Assembly: GCF_018977255.1 (NCBI RefSeq)
Contig: NW_024704805.1
Coordinates: 62,001 to 126,000, forward strand
Direction of reading: 5' to 3'
From: Callorhinchus milii
Lineage: Eukaryota
DNA length: 64,000 nucleotides
Below, piece after piece: positions 39,358 to 51,790 of the stretch. Each line of letters starts with the position of its first letter. Positions within the stretch are counted from its first letter, which is position 1. Under the pieces are notes generated by a model. That model saw only the letters and a program-made list of their open reading frames with translations, had not been told where the DNA came from and searched no databases. A program made the position numbers and the translations under genes.

Positions 39358-39373
39358 AACATCCCAAACACAG
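39358..39373 (-). other. D segment, 12-RSS on both sides
   Basis: AGTTTTTGT-12-TACTGTG-[CTGTGTTTGGGATGTT]-CACAGTG-12-ACAAATACC (39401..39330). Confidence 0.9.
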
Positions 39374-39754
39374 CACAGTATTTAATGTCAACACAAAAAC
39401 TAATGGTTTAAAACACAATTGATATGCGTTCTGCAACTTAAAATCAAACAACCAATGACATAACGTGCAAAATTCTTTGGAATATTGTCCCAGTCGGACT
39501 TTGTATTTCTCTGCAATAAATTGTTATTGATACGAAACCAAGCAGAATTCTTACGACAGAGTCATAATCATTTTTCCTATGTATTCATAACTAATGGTCG
39601 TCTCTTAAAGGAAGCGATATTAAACATCACTGCATATCTCACACCGATGAGGAATGCGCATTGAACTCATTGACAAGTTCACATTCTCTGTGTTTTAACT
39701 GTGAGTTGGTGATTGGGCTTTTTGTATTGTTGGAAGCCCAGATACATCATTGTG

Positions 39755-40060
39755 AATCTCCACCAACGCTTAAAGGGTGCCAGCAATATTGAGCTTTACA
39801 GTAATAGACAGCGCTGTCTTCAACTTCCAAATCATTGATTTCCAGAGAAGATGACCACGATCCCTTGTCTGTCTTTACAACCAACCGTACTTCACCAGTG
39901 ATGGGTTTCCAATCTCTTTCATTTGGAAACCGCCTATAAAACTCCATACTTCTGAATATGCTTTGATAACTTGCTTCGAAGACACAGTTGATTGTCACAG
40001 ATTCGCATTCTTCTCTGCTAATAGAGGACGGTGTCTGCTTCACTTTGGCGCTGAAAACAT
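39755..40060 (-). CDS. IgNAR-like V exon (NAR-TCR V)
   Basis: (Y)VFSAKVKQTPSSISREECESVTINC..EFYRR..SLEINDLEVEDSAVYYCKA+QYCWHPLSVGGD. Short domain lacking CDR2, like IgNAR V (VFTARVDQTP..INDLTVED). RSS CACAATG(39748-39754)-22-ACAAAAAGC. Confidence 0.9.
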
Positions 40061-40434
40061 CTGAAAATTATACACAATATTACATCAGTTTAACAGATCT
40101 TCAACATTGACCATTTCTATTACAATTCCATTAAAAGATTTGGCTTGATCTCCCTTGATATCGGTTGATATAATATAATCCGGATTATGTAATATAATTA
40201 CAATATTAATTAATAAATATGATTATAATATATAATGAAATTAAACGAAATAAATGCCTGCCGCGTTTCGCCACAAAATTCAGTACACAAACTATTATTT
40301 GAAGCGACTTGAGACGTGCCGTCCACATCGTCACCGTATACATCAATCACAGGAATAATTTATATTGTGTAACTATCGTTCAGATGACATTAACTGGTGC
40401 TGTGTTGTGCTGTGTTATGGAAACAACCACTTAC

Positions 40435-40477
40435 ATTGTAAGAAGAGGAAGGAGATGGAGACCCAGAGGAGAGACAT
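40435..40477 (-). CDS. Leader exon of the NAR-TCR V
   Basis: MSLLWVSISFLFLQ+T|GTAAGT, splices in frame to 40060. Confidence 0.88.
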
Positions 40478-42644
40478 CCTTTCACCGCTGGGAGATATCG
40501 TCAGCCCGGACACCTCAGAGTGACTGTGAGTAACACTGGGCTGTTCTGTAAGAGCGTCGGAGACTTGGTTTATTTGTGATGAACAGCGTCACATCATGGC
40601 TGGTGTCAGTGGCTTTGAGGTGCGGGCGTGGGTGATTTGGGGGTGGAGGGGAAGAACAAACATGAGGAAAGGGACTGACTAACTGTGCCCGAGAGCGTTG
40701 CGCAGAGAGGGGAATCTGGTGATAACTGTTGGACGCTGATTAAGGTTTAAATAGACAAATGACGGGGAAGCGAACGAGATGCAGCATAATCTGACACTGT
40801 GAAGGAACAAAGGCTGTGTGATGTAGAGAAGAACTTTACTATAATTGTGAAAGACATATAAAGGCACTACTTGCACACCTTTGACTTCAGGTGAGTTCTG
40901 TTAGAATGATCAGCAGCAGGACGGGGAAGCCGGCCAAGCCAGCAGTGTGTTATTGAGACATGGTTGATGATGGGTAAGAAGGAGGAGGGAGAAATTGGGG
41001 TAAAGGAGTGTGGGGTGCGGTGGTTATATAATTCGTGGGGTTACAGTGACTGAAAAACAGTTGAAGGACTGCAGTGGAACTTAGAGGTGTAAGAGAAGGC
41101 AGCGAATATGATGTTTACTTCTCAGCATGTCATGTGAAGCGGTTTATCACGTTTCATCGACATGGTAGTAGACTGTACCAAACAAAAGCATTATTTTTAA
41201 TCCCTGTCTCAACAACAACAACAAAAAGAATCCATTTATAAAGCGCATTTCACGTCAGGAGGACGTCCCAAGGCGTCTCGGCATTTCTGTCGGTCTAGCT
41301 GTTTGTCTGTCTTCTGTGTGTCTCTCTTTCACAAATGTCATTGGCCATGAGCATTGAGATGTCTTAGAGGCTCTTAGGTGGAGCTGATCACAAGTGAAAT
41401 CAGAAGTTTGGAATTATTTTTGTCTTTAACGATGGACAGGGAGGAGACAGCAGTTTGCTGCGGTGAGTGAGGGAGAGGCGATAGATTTCATCAGGTGGGA
41501 GCCCGTTTAATTCTCAAAATCCTAATAATCGTTGCATTTTCTATGGATCCTTATCGTGTTCCAAAGCGATTCAGAGATAGGCTGAAGAGTCCATCGATTT
41601 TATATTTTGTTGGGAAAATGGATCAGCCAAATGCATACATCAGTAACGCACAAAGAGTCGTAGATTGAATGACCGAATTAATACCTTACTTACGATTTAT
41701 TTACAGTTTAAAAACAAACAATATCACAGATAGCATTTGATAATGCATCGTTGAGACACCAATTAAAACAATAAATTGCCATAAGTAGCGTTTTTTCACG
41801 TCGCAAATCGCTGGAAAGTGAAGGCTTTTGCACGTCGGATGGAAGAGAGCCTGGTGGGTGGAGGAACGATGATCATCAAAGACTCGGTTGAGAAAGATGG
41901 TTTTCAGACGGCCATTGAATGGACCAAGGGTACATAAACATTTTAGTAGATGTTACAGATCCTATTCAGCCTTTCAATATTACCATAGATCCGCCGCCCA
42001 ACCACAGCGACCTCCACAAACACTACCAACCCGAACCCTCACTTCCATCTGCGAGGATATCGCTAATTGTTTCGAATCGTCCCGTGTGATATTTAACATC
42101 CGGCTGAACAGAAATGGATAGAGTGACCGAAATTATATTTTGAAGGGAATATTAGAAACCCGGAAAAACGACCAATCGATCGATTTGCAATCGGGCTCTT
42201 ACTCACTGGATAAATAGAGAAGTGTGTATGGATTGAGAAAAATTGTCTAAGCTTTCACCCGGCTCGGGATGGAACTCGGGTCCTCTCGTTTGTGAGGGGA
42301 ATGCTGTTCCCACTTCGTTATAGGGCTCCGTTTAATAGAGCATTAGAATCAGTATTCGTGTTTATTTTACCGGCAAACCGAAGTAAATCAATAGCAGCTG
42401 CAACTGTAACTGTTCAGTAATTGCTGTCTGCATTTATTGTGACAGATAATGAGGTGAACGTTGAGCTGACCAGTTGATGGGAGACGAATGTAGTTTCCTC
42501 TGAGTCTAACTACAGAGATGTCGGCTCCCCGCAGGGCCGCAAGGCCTGACCAAGTTTCCGCACACGCTTCAACAGACAGATCATCCCTATGTACAAAATG
42601 AAGGCAGTTTTTGTACGAGACTTGCAGTGCAGTCTATCACTGTG

Positions 42645-42957
42645 CTGAGACTAAATGCACAGTAATACACAGCACTGTCAGACACCACCAGCTCTGAAAT
42701 GGATAAACTGGTTGAAGAATTGAATTTGTGCAGCTGAGCATGGCAACGGTCTCCAAATCCTTCACCTTTTTTTTGACTTTCACCCCCAGGATAACTCCAA
42801 ATTATAAACTCTGGCTGTTTGCCGACGTAATGTCTGTACCAGTGGAGAGCATAAGCAATTTCAGTCGTGGAATAGGTACATTGTAAAATCACAGATTCTC
42901 TTTCTTTCTTAACCATCGTGGCAGCTTTCTGAATCACAGAATCCCCATCACAGAATT
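42645..42957 (-). CDS. TCR alpha/delta V exon, potentially functional
   Basis: EFCDGDSVIQK..LQCTYSTTEIAYALHWYRH..SDSAVYYCAFSL. RSS CACAGTG-23-ACAAAAACT. Leader MRLFAVCLVLGTFMS at 43548-43593. Confidence 0.92.
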
Positions 42958-43547
42958 CTGTATTATAAAAGGAAGAGCATAAAAATATATTACTAAATCT
43001 AGGCCTGACTGGAAACGCGTTATACATTTGACACATTTGTTAATAATTATACAATAACCTGCATATTTTACAGAGCACTTTATCACGGTGTTGAGACGTC
43101 GGTGTGCGCTGCACAGAATGCTCTATAAAGTTAATTTCTGTGTATTTTTGTGAGTGAAATTGCGCACAGCAATTTCACAAGAACAGTTGTGCAATGAGTT
43201 AGCAAGTTATTATTTGCAGACACAATAATGGTTTATTGCCCACGGAAAAGTGATCGGCCTAACGAATGAAAACGAGTGAATTGAGAAATTGATATTTGGA
43301 AGGTTTATTAATCAGGTTTTTAAAACATCAGGGTTCCTCCTTCCTGCAAGGTAAAGATAGGCGTTTCTGTGTAGTAAATAACTTTGCCTCAGATTTCTCT
43401 AAGGATTTCTCTGGGAATCCATTCCAGCTCTTCTCGTTTGCGAGACGAGAGCTCTAACTAGAGAGGTATTGGTTGCACTCCAACAATTGTTGTTGACATG
43501 CAGCTGACATTCAGCAGCAAAACTGAATTAGCTCAACACGACCTCAC

Positions 43548-43593
43548 CTGACATAAAGGTTCCCAGCACAAGACAGACAGCAAACAGCCTCAT
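43548..43593 (-). CDS. Leader exon of V 42645
   Basis: 46 nt, phase 1, GTGAG donor. Confidence 0.88.
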
Positions 43594-45500
43594 TGCTGCT
43601 CTTCAGTCTTTGTGGTGGTATCTGTGCCATCAGTTTGTTGATAACCCGCAGTGATTATCGGCATTGGCGGAGCCACAGTTTCACGTCACCTCATTGGCAT
43701 CTCAGCCGCGTTTCAATACAACAACCAGTTGCTTTTACATAGCGGTTTTCACCAGTCACTGGGGGCAGGGAATTCTCTCACTGACCTATTATTATCCCTG
43801 CAAGCCAAAGTAGTAACGGGAAGCATGGTGATAGCTTGACAAACAGTGCGAAATCTTGACAAAAGCGAAACCAATAACAAGCTTTGTTCTTTTAGCTAGT
43901 TTGATTACAGCAGATACCCCGATGCACACTATGAAGGTCCCAAATGTTGGCTCTGGCTTAATACTCTTCAGAGTTACGTACGCAGAGAGAGTATCTACAG
44001 TACATTTCAATAATTTATCTTTGAGATGTCCATGTGTAGGTGGGATGCTTGGAAATGTCAGCTTGGTTTGAATATCCGTAAGCACGGTGATTCTTTTGAA
44101 ATTTACTATCTCCCTGCAAAAAATACCACAGAGAGAGGGTGAAACTGCGATGCTTAAAGGTTCAATATTTAAAGTTATTTCCATGTGCATCTTGGAATGT
44201 GTTTTCACTCTTCGCTGGTAGTACTAATGTAGGTTCACAACTTAGTTCGATCATGCACCAAAAATTCTTGGCAATTGTTGCTCTTGACAGCCTTTCCAGC
44301 CGTGTCTATAAGGAAAAGAAAAGAGTAATTAAAAATCTCTTTTCCAACAGTACAATGCAAATTTTTGAACAAGCAGACCGGATCTTAGTCTAATAGAAAT
44401 AGTAATCCTTGCATTAGTGATATAGTCGTATAGTGTCTCATCACGCCTTTGAGACACCTCCAAGCGCTTCACAGAAGATAACGCGAATTGATTCTATTTT
44501 GTGGGTGAAATGCGTCATCCAATTACGCACAGTAATTTCACAAACAGCCGTGGATTCATTTATCAAATTGCTACTATTCTTCTTTTGTATGAATCATTAG
44601 ACCCCGAATAATGATCCAAAGCACGGATATTCTTTTTTCTTCCAAGTTCCCTCAAATTCAAATCTAAATGAATTTGCGCCTGCATGCTAATTAACTATGC
44701 AATTTATAAAGTCGTTAATTTAGTTGGCATGTAATTTTAACGTCCTGGTTAGTTGGAAAGCAATGGCAGATTGTCGCCTTCTAATGGTCAACATGCCACA
44801 TTTCAGCATTGCTTCATATTTGGTGCAAAACCTGAATGAAATCAATGAACGAAAAAAAAATCTGCTGTTGTTTCTGGCATATATCAACTGAGGCTCAGAA
44901 TACAATAACAAACGCCGCTCACAGCCACTGTAACGACACAGAAGGTGATGCCACGCCTCCCACACACTGAGTAATAATAATATATTTTTTGCATTTGATA
45001 TAGCGTCTCATCACGTCTTCGAGACGTGTCAAGGCAAATGACAGTATATACTGAACAACGAATTGACGGTTTATGTAGTTGGCGAAATGTAACAGCCAAT
45101 TGAGCACAGCAGTGTCCCCAAATCATTCAAGGGACAATTGGACAAGTGTTTAAAAATATGTGCTAAATATGACCAAAACGTTGATGCATTTTTAAACAAA
45201 CACTTGTGTTTATTATTATTGTAATCGGAAACAACTCAACAGCAACTGGAACTGTAGTGACTAACTGATTCATTAATTGCTAACTACCTTTATCGTGACA
45301 GGTAATGATTTGAACATTCAGCTAACAAGTTGATGCGAAGTGAATGTGGTTTCCTCTGATTCTGGGTACAGACATGTCAGCCCCTCGAAGGGCCTTAAGG
45401 CTTGACCAAGGTTCCGCACACACTTCAACAGGCAGTTCATCGCTGTGTGCAAAATTGAAGGCGTATTTGTACGAGATTTGCATCGCAGTCTGTCACTGTG

Positions 45501-45813
45501 GAGAGACTAAAGGCATAGTAATACACAGCGCTATCAGACACCACCAGCTCAGAGATGGTTAAACTGGTGGAAGAAATGGATTTGTGCAGTTTAGTATATA
45601 AACGATTTCCAAATCCTGTTCCCGTGACATGACTTTCATTCCAAGTGTCTCTCCGAACTATAAATTCATGCTGTTTGTCTTGGTCATCCCTGTACCAGTA
45701 GAGACGGTAAGCACTTTGAGTCGTAGAATAAGTACATTGCAACGTCACAGTTTCTCTTTCTTTCTGAACCATAGTGGCAGATTTCTGACTGAGAGAGTCA
45801 CCGACACACAGAT
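45501..45813 (-). pseudogene. TCR V, open frame but second canonical Cys>Tyr
   Basis: DLCVGDSLSQK..QCTYST..WYRD..SDSAVYYYAFSL. RSS CACAGTG-23-ACAAATACG. Leader MRLFAVFLVLGTFMS at 46421-46466. Confidence 0.8.
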
Positions 45814-47188
45814 CTGTCATAAACATGGAAGAGCACGACAATATATTATTTACTATTTTTCTCAATTGATATTCCATTGGGAGGATATCCTTCTAAGAGA
45901 GATGCTATACATACGCCATTTGTTAAAAATGAAATAATAATAATCAAAGTATTTTGGTCTAGCAGACTTGATTCTGCTGAATGCGAAACGCAAAATATAT
46001 TGTAAAGTTCAATTGCTGTATATATTTATTGGTGAAATGAAGCATCAAATTGCGACAACGGTGTCCCACATTTAATCGTAGAAAGAGTTATCAAAATATT
46101 ACTTAAAATTTTTTCAGCGACTATTAAACCCGGAATATTAACCACTAAAATTGCTAGATAAATTATTTTTATTTGGAGGTTATTATTGCCCCATTTGTTC
46201 AAACATTGTCCTATTTATATCTAGGTAAGCAGAGGCGTGCGAGTGGTGTTAGAAAACATGCCCGTGCTTCTGCCATGTCTTGTCCGGGAATCGAATACAC
46301 TTCCTATCGCTTATGAGTCGAGGACACTAATCACTGCGCTACAGGTCTCCCTCCAACAAGTGTTGTTGAAATGGAGATGACATTCAGAATCAATACTGAA
46401 TTAAGTTAACACGGCCTAACCTGACATAAAGGTTCCCAGCACCAGAAAGACAGCAAATAGCCTCATTGCTGCTCCTCAGTCTGTGTGGTTGTGTCTGTGG
46501 TATCAGTTTGCTGATAACCCGCAGTGATTGTCGGCATTGGCGGAGCCACAGTCTGAGGTCACCTCATTTGGATCTCAGCCGCGTTTCAATACAGCAGCCA
46601 ATTGCTTTGATACAGTGTCTTTCACCAGGCACTGGGAGCAAGGAACCACTCAGCTCCTTTGAGCTCTGCAAGTCAAAGGCCTTAGGTACAGTGATCATTA
46701 AAATAATATAACAAACATTCTTCCATTCTGCGTAGGGGCTTACCAAATTTTTCAGGTATCTCAAAGCATACATGATCAACTGTAGGCACTGTACATTTTG
46801 TGAGCGAAATGCGGCGGAATATTTTTTGAAGGAATTATTAAAGGCTGAAAAGCAATCCGGCATTCAGTTTCCTACCTCCTGCTGGGCAAGCAGTGGTTTG
46901 TAGAGTAATGAAACTTACCGACCATTTTGCCCTGACGGGAATCGAACACACGTCTCTCGCTGGCGATGCATGGACATCCACCACGGTTATGGCAAGAGCA
47001 TGACATCGTAGCATCATTGAATTTTTTGTGTGACAGTCAGATTTGCTGTCAATGTTATGCTCTCTTTGTGTCTTTATCTCGTTTCTCTTCCTACAGGAAA
47101 TCGCTGCTGAGGCCCAGAGAGACAGCAGCACAAATCCACTAAACGCTGTTAGTTTTTGTACGAGTCTATGACTGGTTCCATCACTGTG

Positions 47189-47496
47189 CAGTTGGTGAGC
47201 ACAGTAATACACAGCGCTGTCAGACAGCTCCAACAGGGAGATGGTTAAACTGGTGAATTTTGTCGCGGTTTGGAGCTCAATAGAGAACCGCGTTTTCGCG
47301 AAGTCTGCTTTATGTGTACTACCCCTGGAACCCTTTTGAAGCACATACTGTGGTTGTGTTTCTTGTTGTTCTCCATGCCAGTTTAAATAGTAGCTGCTCA
47401 GAGACGTATCATAATGACATTCCATGGTCGCACTAACACCTACTTTCTCAATTACTGAAGCCACCTTCTGTGTCACAGAGTCTCCCTGGGTCAGGC
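47189..47496 (-). CDS. TCR alpha/delta V exon, open
   Basis: GLTQGDSVTQK..MECHYDTSLSSYYLNWHGEQ..SDSAVYYCAHQL. RSS CACAGTG-22-ACAAAAACT. Leader MEVSCVCLALAAILL at 47988-48033. Confidence 0.88.
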
Positions 47497-47987
47497 CTGA
47501 AAGACAAGAGCGTGGAGACCTGTAACTCAGTGGTTAGAGTTCTCGCCTCGCAAACGAGAGGACCCGTGTTCGATTCCCGGTCAGGACAGGGCACAATCTT
47601 AGGCAAGTTTCGTTAGCACACACAACTCTGGTTCCCCAACAATAAGTAGAAAACTAATTGTTAGTCAATTAGGAGATGGCTTTCTGGGGATAATAACCCG
47701 GTCAAAAAGAAAAAAAAACATTTTGAAATGTGGTCATATAATCCATGATTATTTGGGGAATACTCCAAATTGGCTGCCGCGTTTCTCCCAACAAAACGTT
47801 AAGTCACTATTATTTACAATATAGTCTATGAAGCGACTGGAGCCGTCTTCAAGTCATATTGAAGCCCGATAGCAGGTGTGAAAACTATTATTATTATGAT
47901 TAATGAAACGAGGCAGAATAGAGAAACCGATACAACGAAACGAGTTTGAAAATTGATTGAAACTTTACTATTGTTACCCGGGATTAC

Positions 47988-48033
47988 CTAATAAAATGGC
48001 AGCAAGAGCTAGACACACACAGGATACTTCCAT
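47988..48033 (-). CDS. Leader exon of V 47189
   Basis: 46 nt, GTAAT donor, in frame. Confidence 0.82.
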
Positions 48034-50579
48034 CCCCATCACTCACTCCACAGCTGCGCTCTTTTGTTGGAAAGATATTGTTGTTGATCTGCGATGTACA
48101 ACTCTGACTAAATGACAATTGAACGCTCTGCCCTCACTTCCTAATCCCATGACGTGGACATCACCTGGTCAATGTGGGAGGGCAGTTAATGCGTTACCGT
48201 TGGTCGTCTGGGGCAGGGGTACGGGAGAGTGAGTCTCCTTCGAGGTAATTCAATTTGGTGACAGTCTTTGCAGCAAAATGCGGAGCAGGATATCACAAAG
48301 GTATGATGGGGCAATGCCATCGAGATATTTAATGGTTAGGGTAAGTAACTTGAACTGCAACTCTAACCACAAAATCTGCAAATCCGTCCCGCTGTCCCTC
48401 CGCCTCGCCCCCTTCCTTGCCTCCTTCAAAGCCCACTTCAAGACCCTACTCGTTGACCATGCTTTGGATCACCAGCTACACCACCTGCACTCAAAACTCC
48501 ATAAAACCCCACCGAACCTCAGGTCAAAAACTCTGAATGTTCAGCGGCCTAGGACTTCCTTCCGACGTGAAAGACTCTACTCAAATGGAATATTACGGTT
48601 GTTGTTGAGCTTGACCTTCCCGTGATTGGGAGCCAGTTGGTATTGTCTGGTATTATATACTGTGGAATCGTGTGTGGGAAAAGCACAGCATACAGATTTC
48701 TAGATATCGAGCAATGTGTGAAGGGAAGAAGCATCTTATAATGTGAGCAGACAGTTGACATAATCTATCCTGGACGCGATGAACACAAGCATTTATATGC
48801 AGAATCATGGACCGATGCAGCCTCACTTGAAGGAATAAAGATTTCCTTTCTATTATCAAGGCTGAGCTGAAAACCTGCCTCTGTTGGTTATGCTTTCATA
48901 CATGAGTCACAATGTTGATGTTTCAGGCCCAACGTCGACAATTTGAGCTCACAGACGAGACTGAATTGCAATTCAAGACTGTGTGAAGGTTGTGCTGTCA
49001 ACAACCCCAGATAGAAGCCATCAATCACTTTATTAACGTTTGTGGGGAAACTACTGCATGATAATTGCTTCTGGTGTTGGCCTACAATCTAACGTCACTT
49101 CTCATTAGAAAACGGATACTAAGCTTTGCTGACGACTGAAAATTGAAAGGCGCTGTACCAAAGGCCAGCATTATTATTATTATAATTTTATCATTATTAT
49201 TATTATTATCATGATTTTTATTAATATTATCATCGTTGTGCACTTCTAAGCAAGGTCAGCTTTAATTTCCTACCCTACTTAAACCAAAACAAATGACCAT
49301 ATTGCCGTTAACAAAATCTAACCCATGTATTACAGGAGTGAGATCTTATTCAGGGCGGCTGCTTTCCTGGGAGAAAGACATTAATGTACAAAACATAAAA
49401 TTTAAGTTGCTTCTTGAGCAAACTAATGCTGTGCTTCAGAAAAAATCTTTGTCAATTTCACTTGAAGCAGCAAAAGTGTATATGAGTGAAGAATGTCAAC
49501 TGTAACAGGAAACATCTGTTATTGCTACGAAGGAAGTTAGTTACAGAAAGTTATGTGTCAAGTTTATCAGTTTCAGCTCATGATATAAGTGTGTATTGTG
49601 CGCCTTCTGCTGGTGGATTGCACCTACAGCACTGGTAAAATTGGAGACTTTTGATAGTAAATTATTTTGGGCCAGTCTTAACTTTCCTGGAGCTATCTCC
49701 TCCATTACAAGTTTATACCGTATTCTCATTTGCCGGCTCGTTCCTCATATTGTCGTAAATATTATTTGACTGAGCATTGAGCTGTGATGGAGCATTTTAC
49801 AAAATAGCCACTATATCTTTACTCTTATGTTCCTCCGTTCACTTCAGGAGATTATGCCATTGCGCTCTGTTCACTAGATATAAAATATCATTTCATCTTG
49901 ACTACTATTCGTTAACGTAAATAGTACAATTTGTGTTATATCGTTAGTGACTCACCGAACAGTACACATACTTGTTAGTGTGTGCTTTGCTTCTAGGCAT
50001 TCCTTGAACCTGATATGACAGCAAAACCTGAACTGAATTGATCTGTAATCCAAACAGCGCAAGGGGAACATTCTCAGTTTCATGTTTTGGACAGAGAATA
50101 CAGTGCATTGAATCTCTGTGTGTTTCTATACCACAGAAATATGACAGCATTTATTACGCGCAGTCTGGGAATGATTCATGTTGTTTTCCACTGTCAAAAG
50201 CACTGGGCCCTGAAGCTGTGCCAGTCTATGTCTGAATCCCTCCAGCTTGGCCACACTAACCTAAATAAGTTTCTTTATTATTGTGCCTCCTGTCAACAGC
50301 CGTTGTCCCTGTTTCTTGGCCAAGCCCCAACATTGTTAAACTCAGTGAAAGACACACCCCTTCAAAGGCACTTTAGAGGAGAANNNNNNNNNNNNNNNNN
50401 NNNNNNNNAATAACTTGTAAAAATCTATCGATGTAAGAGTTCAATATGTTCAATGACTGAGCACCTGCAGCTTTCTTGCTTAGTGAATTCCATAAATTCA
50501 CTAAACTCTGAATGAAGAAATGTTTTCTCAACTCAGTTCTAACTGGATGATGTTTATTTCGGATACCATTACACTACAG

Positions 50580-51790
50580 TTTTAGGTTCTCCAACCAGGA
50601 AAACAGTCGCGTAATACATGTGCACTGTCAAGATCCTTAAGAATCTTATAGGTTTCCATAAGACCACCTCCAATTCTTCTGTGTTCTAGAGAATATAGGC
50701 CTAGTCAACATGTCCTCGTTGGACAACTCCCTCACCCAGGAAACAACCTATTGAACCAGTGTTGCACCCACTCTACGGCGGGTGTATTCCTTTCTTAGAC
50801 CAAAACTGCACACAATATTCTGGGTGCGGTCTCACCTGGACCCTATATCATTGTAGCAAGTAATCCCTACTCTTGTCCTCAAGTCAATTTTTCATAAAAG
50901 CTGACATGCTATCAGCCTTTCTAATTGCTTGCTCTACCTGCATACTAACTTTCTGTGATTGTTGTACAAGGACACGAAAATCCCTCTGAACATTAACACT
51001 CCAAATCTCTTCCCGTATTCTCCGTCTGCCATCGTCTTGCACACACACCTCGACTTTCTATTTCATTTTGCATTCTTCGTGTGTCATCTTCATAGCTTGC
51101 TCTGCCACTTATCTTCGTATCGTCCGCCAATTTAGATACGATACGTTCTATTCCCTCATCTAAATCATTCATATAGACTGCAATTAATTGAGGCCTAAGC
51201 ACTGATCCTTGTGGCAATCCACTAGTCACATCCTTCCAGTCTGAGAAGCAGCCATTTATCTCTACTCGTTGTTTTCTTCCTGTGGACCACTCTCGAATCC
51301 ATGCCAGTGCATTACCTTTAATTCCATGAGCTCTCATCTTATGAGCAATCTATTATGCGGCAGCTTGTCGAATGACTTCTGTAAATCCAAATACACCGCA
51401 CATACTTGCTCCCCCTGTCTAACTTGCCAGTTGCGTTCTCGAACATCTCTAAAAAAATATTTAACCACGATTTCCCTTTCGTAAAGCCATACTGACGCCG
51501 CCTAATCATGCTTTGATTTTCTAAATGCCCAACGATAATGCAACTAATTGAGGGCTCCAGAATTTTTCCGACCAGTAATATCAAACAAGCGTTCTCCAGT
51601 TTTTTGTCCCCTCCCTTCTTAAAAATCAGGGTTACTTTTTCGTCCTTCAAGCAAATGGGAACCATCCCAGATTCCTGAGAATCTTGGGCAATCCTTAAAC
51701 CATTGAAACATGAATTGACATTTTTTATCGGCGCAACTAAAACTGGAATTATTTTTTTCATAAAGAAGCAGAAGTAACACTGTGTATACA
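50580..51790 (-). mobile_element. CR1-type LINE reverse-transcriptase fragment, degenerate
   Basis: ORFs with RQYGFTKGKS, LAWIREW..QRVEINGCFSDWKDVTSGLPQGSVL..SKLADDTKI. Confidence 0.9.
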
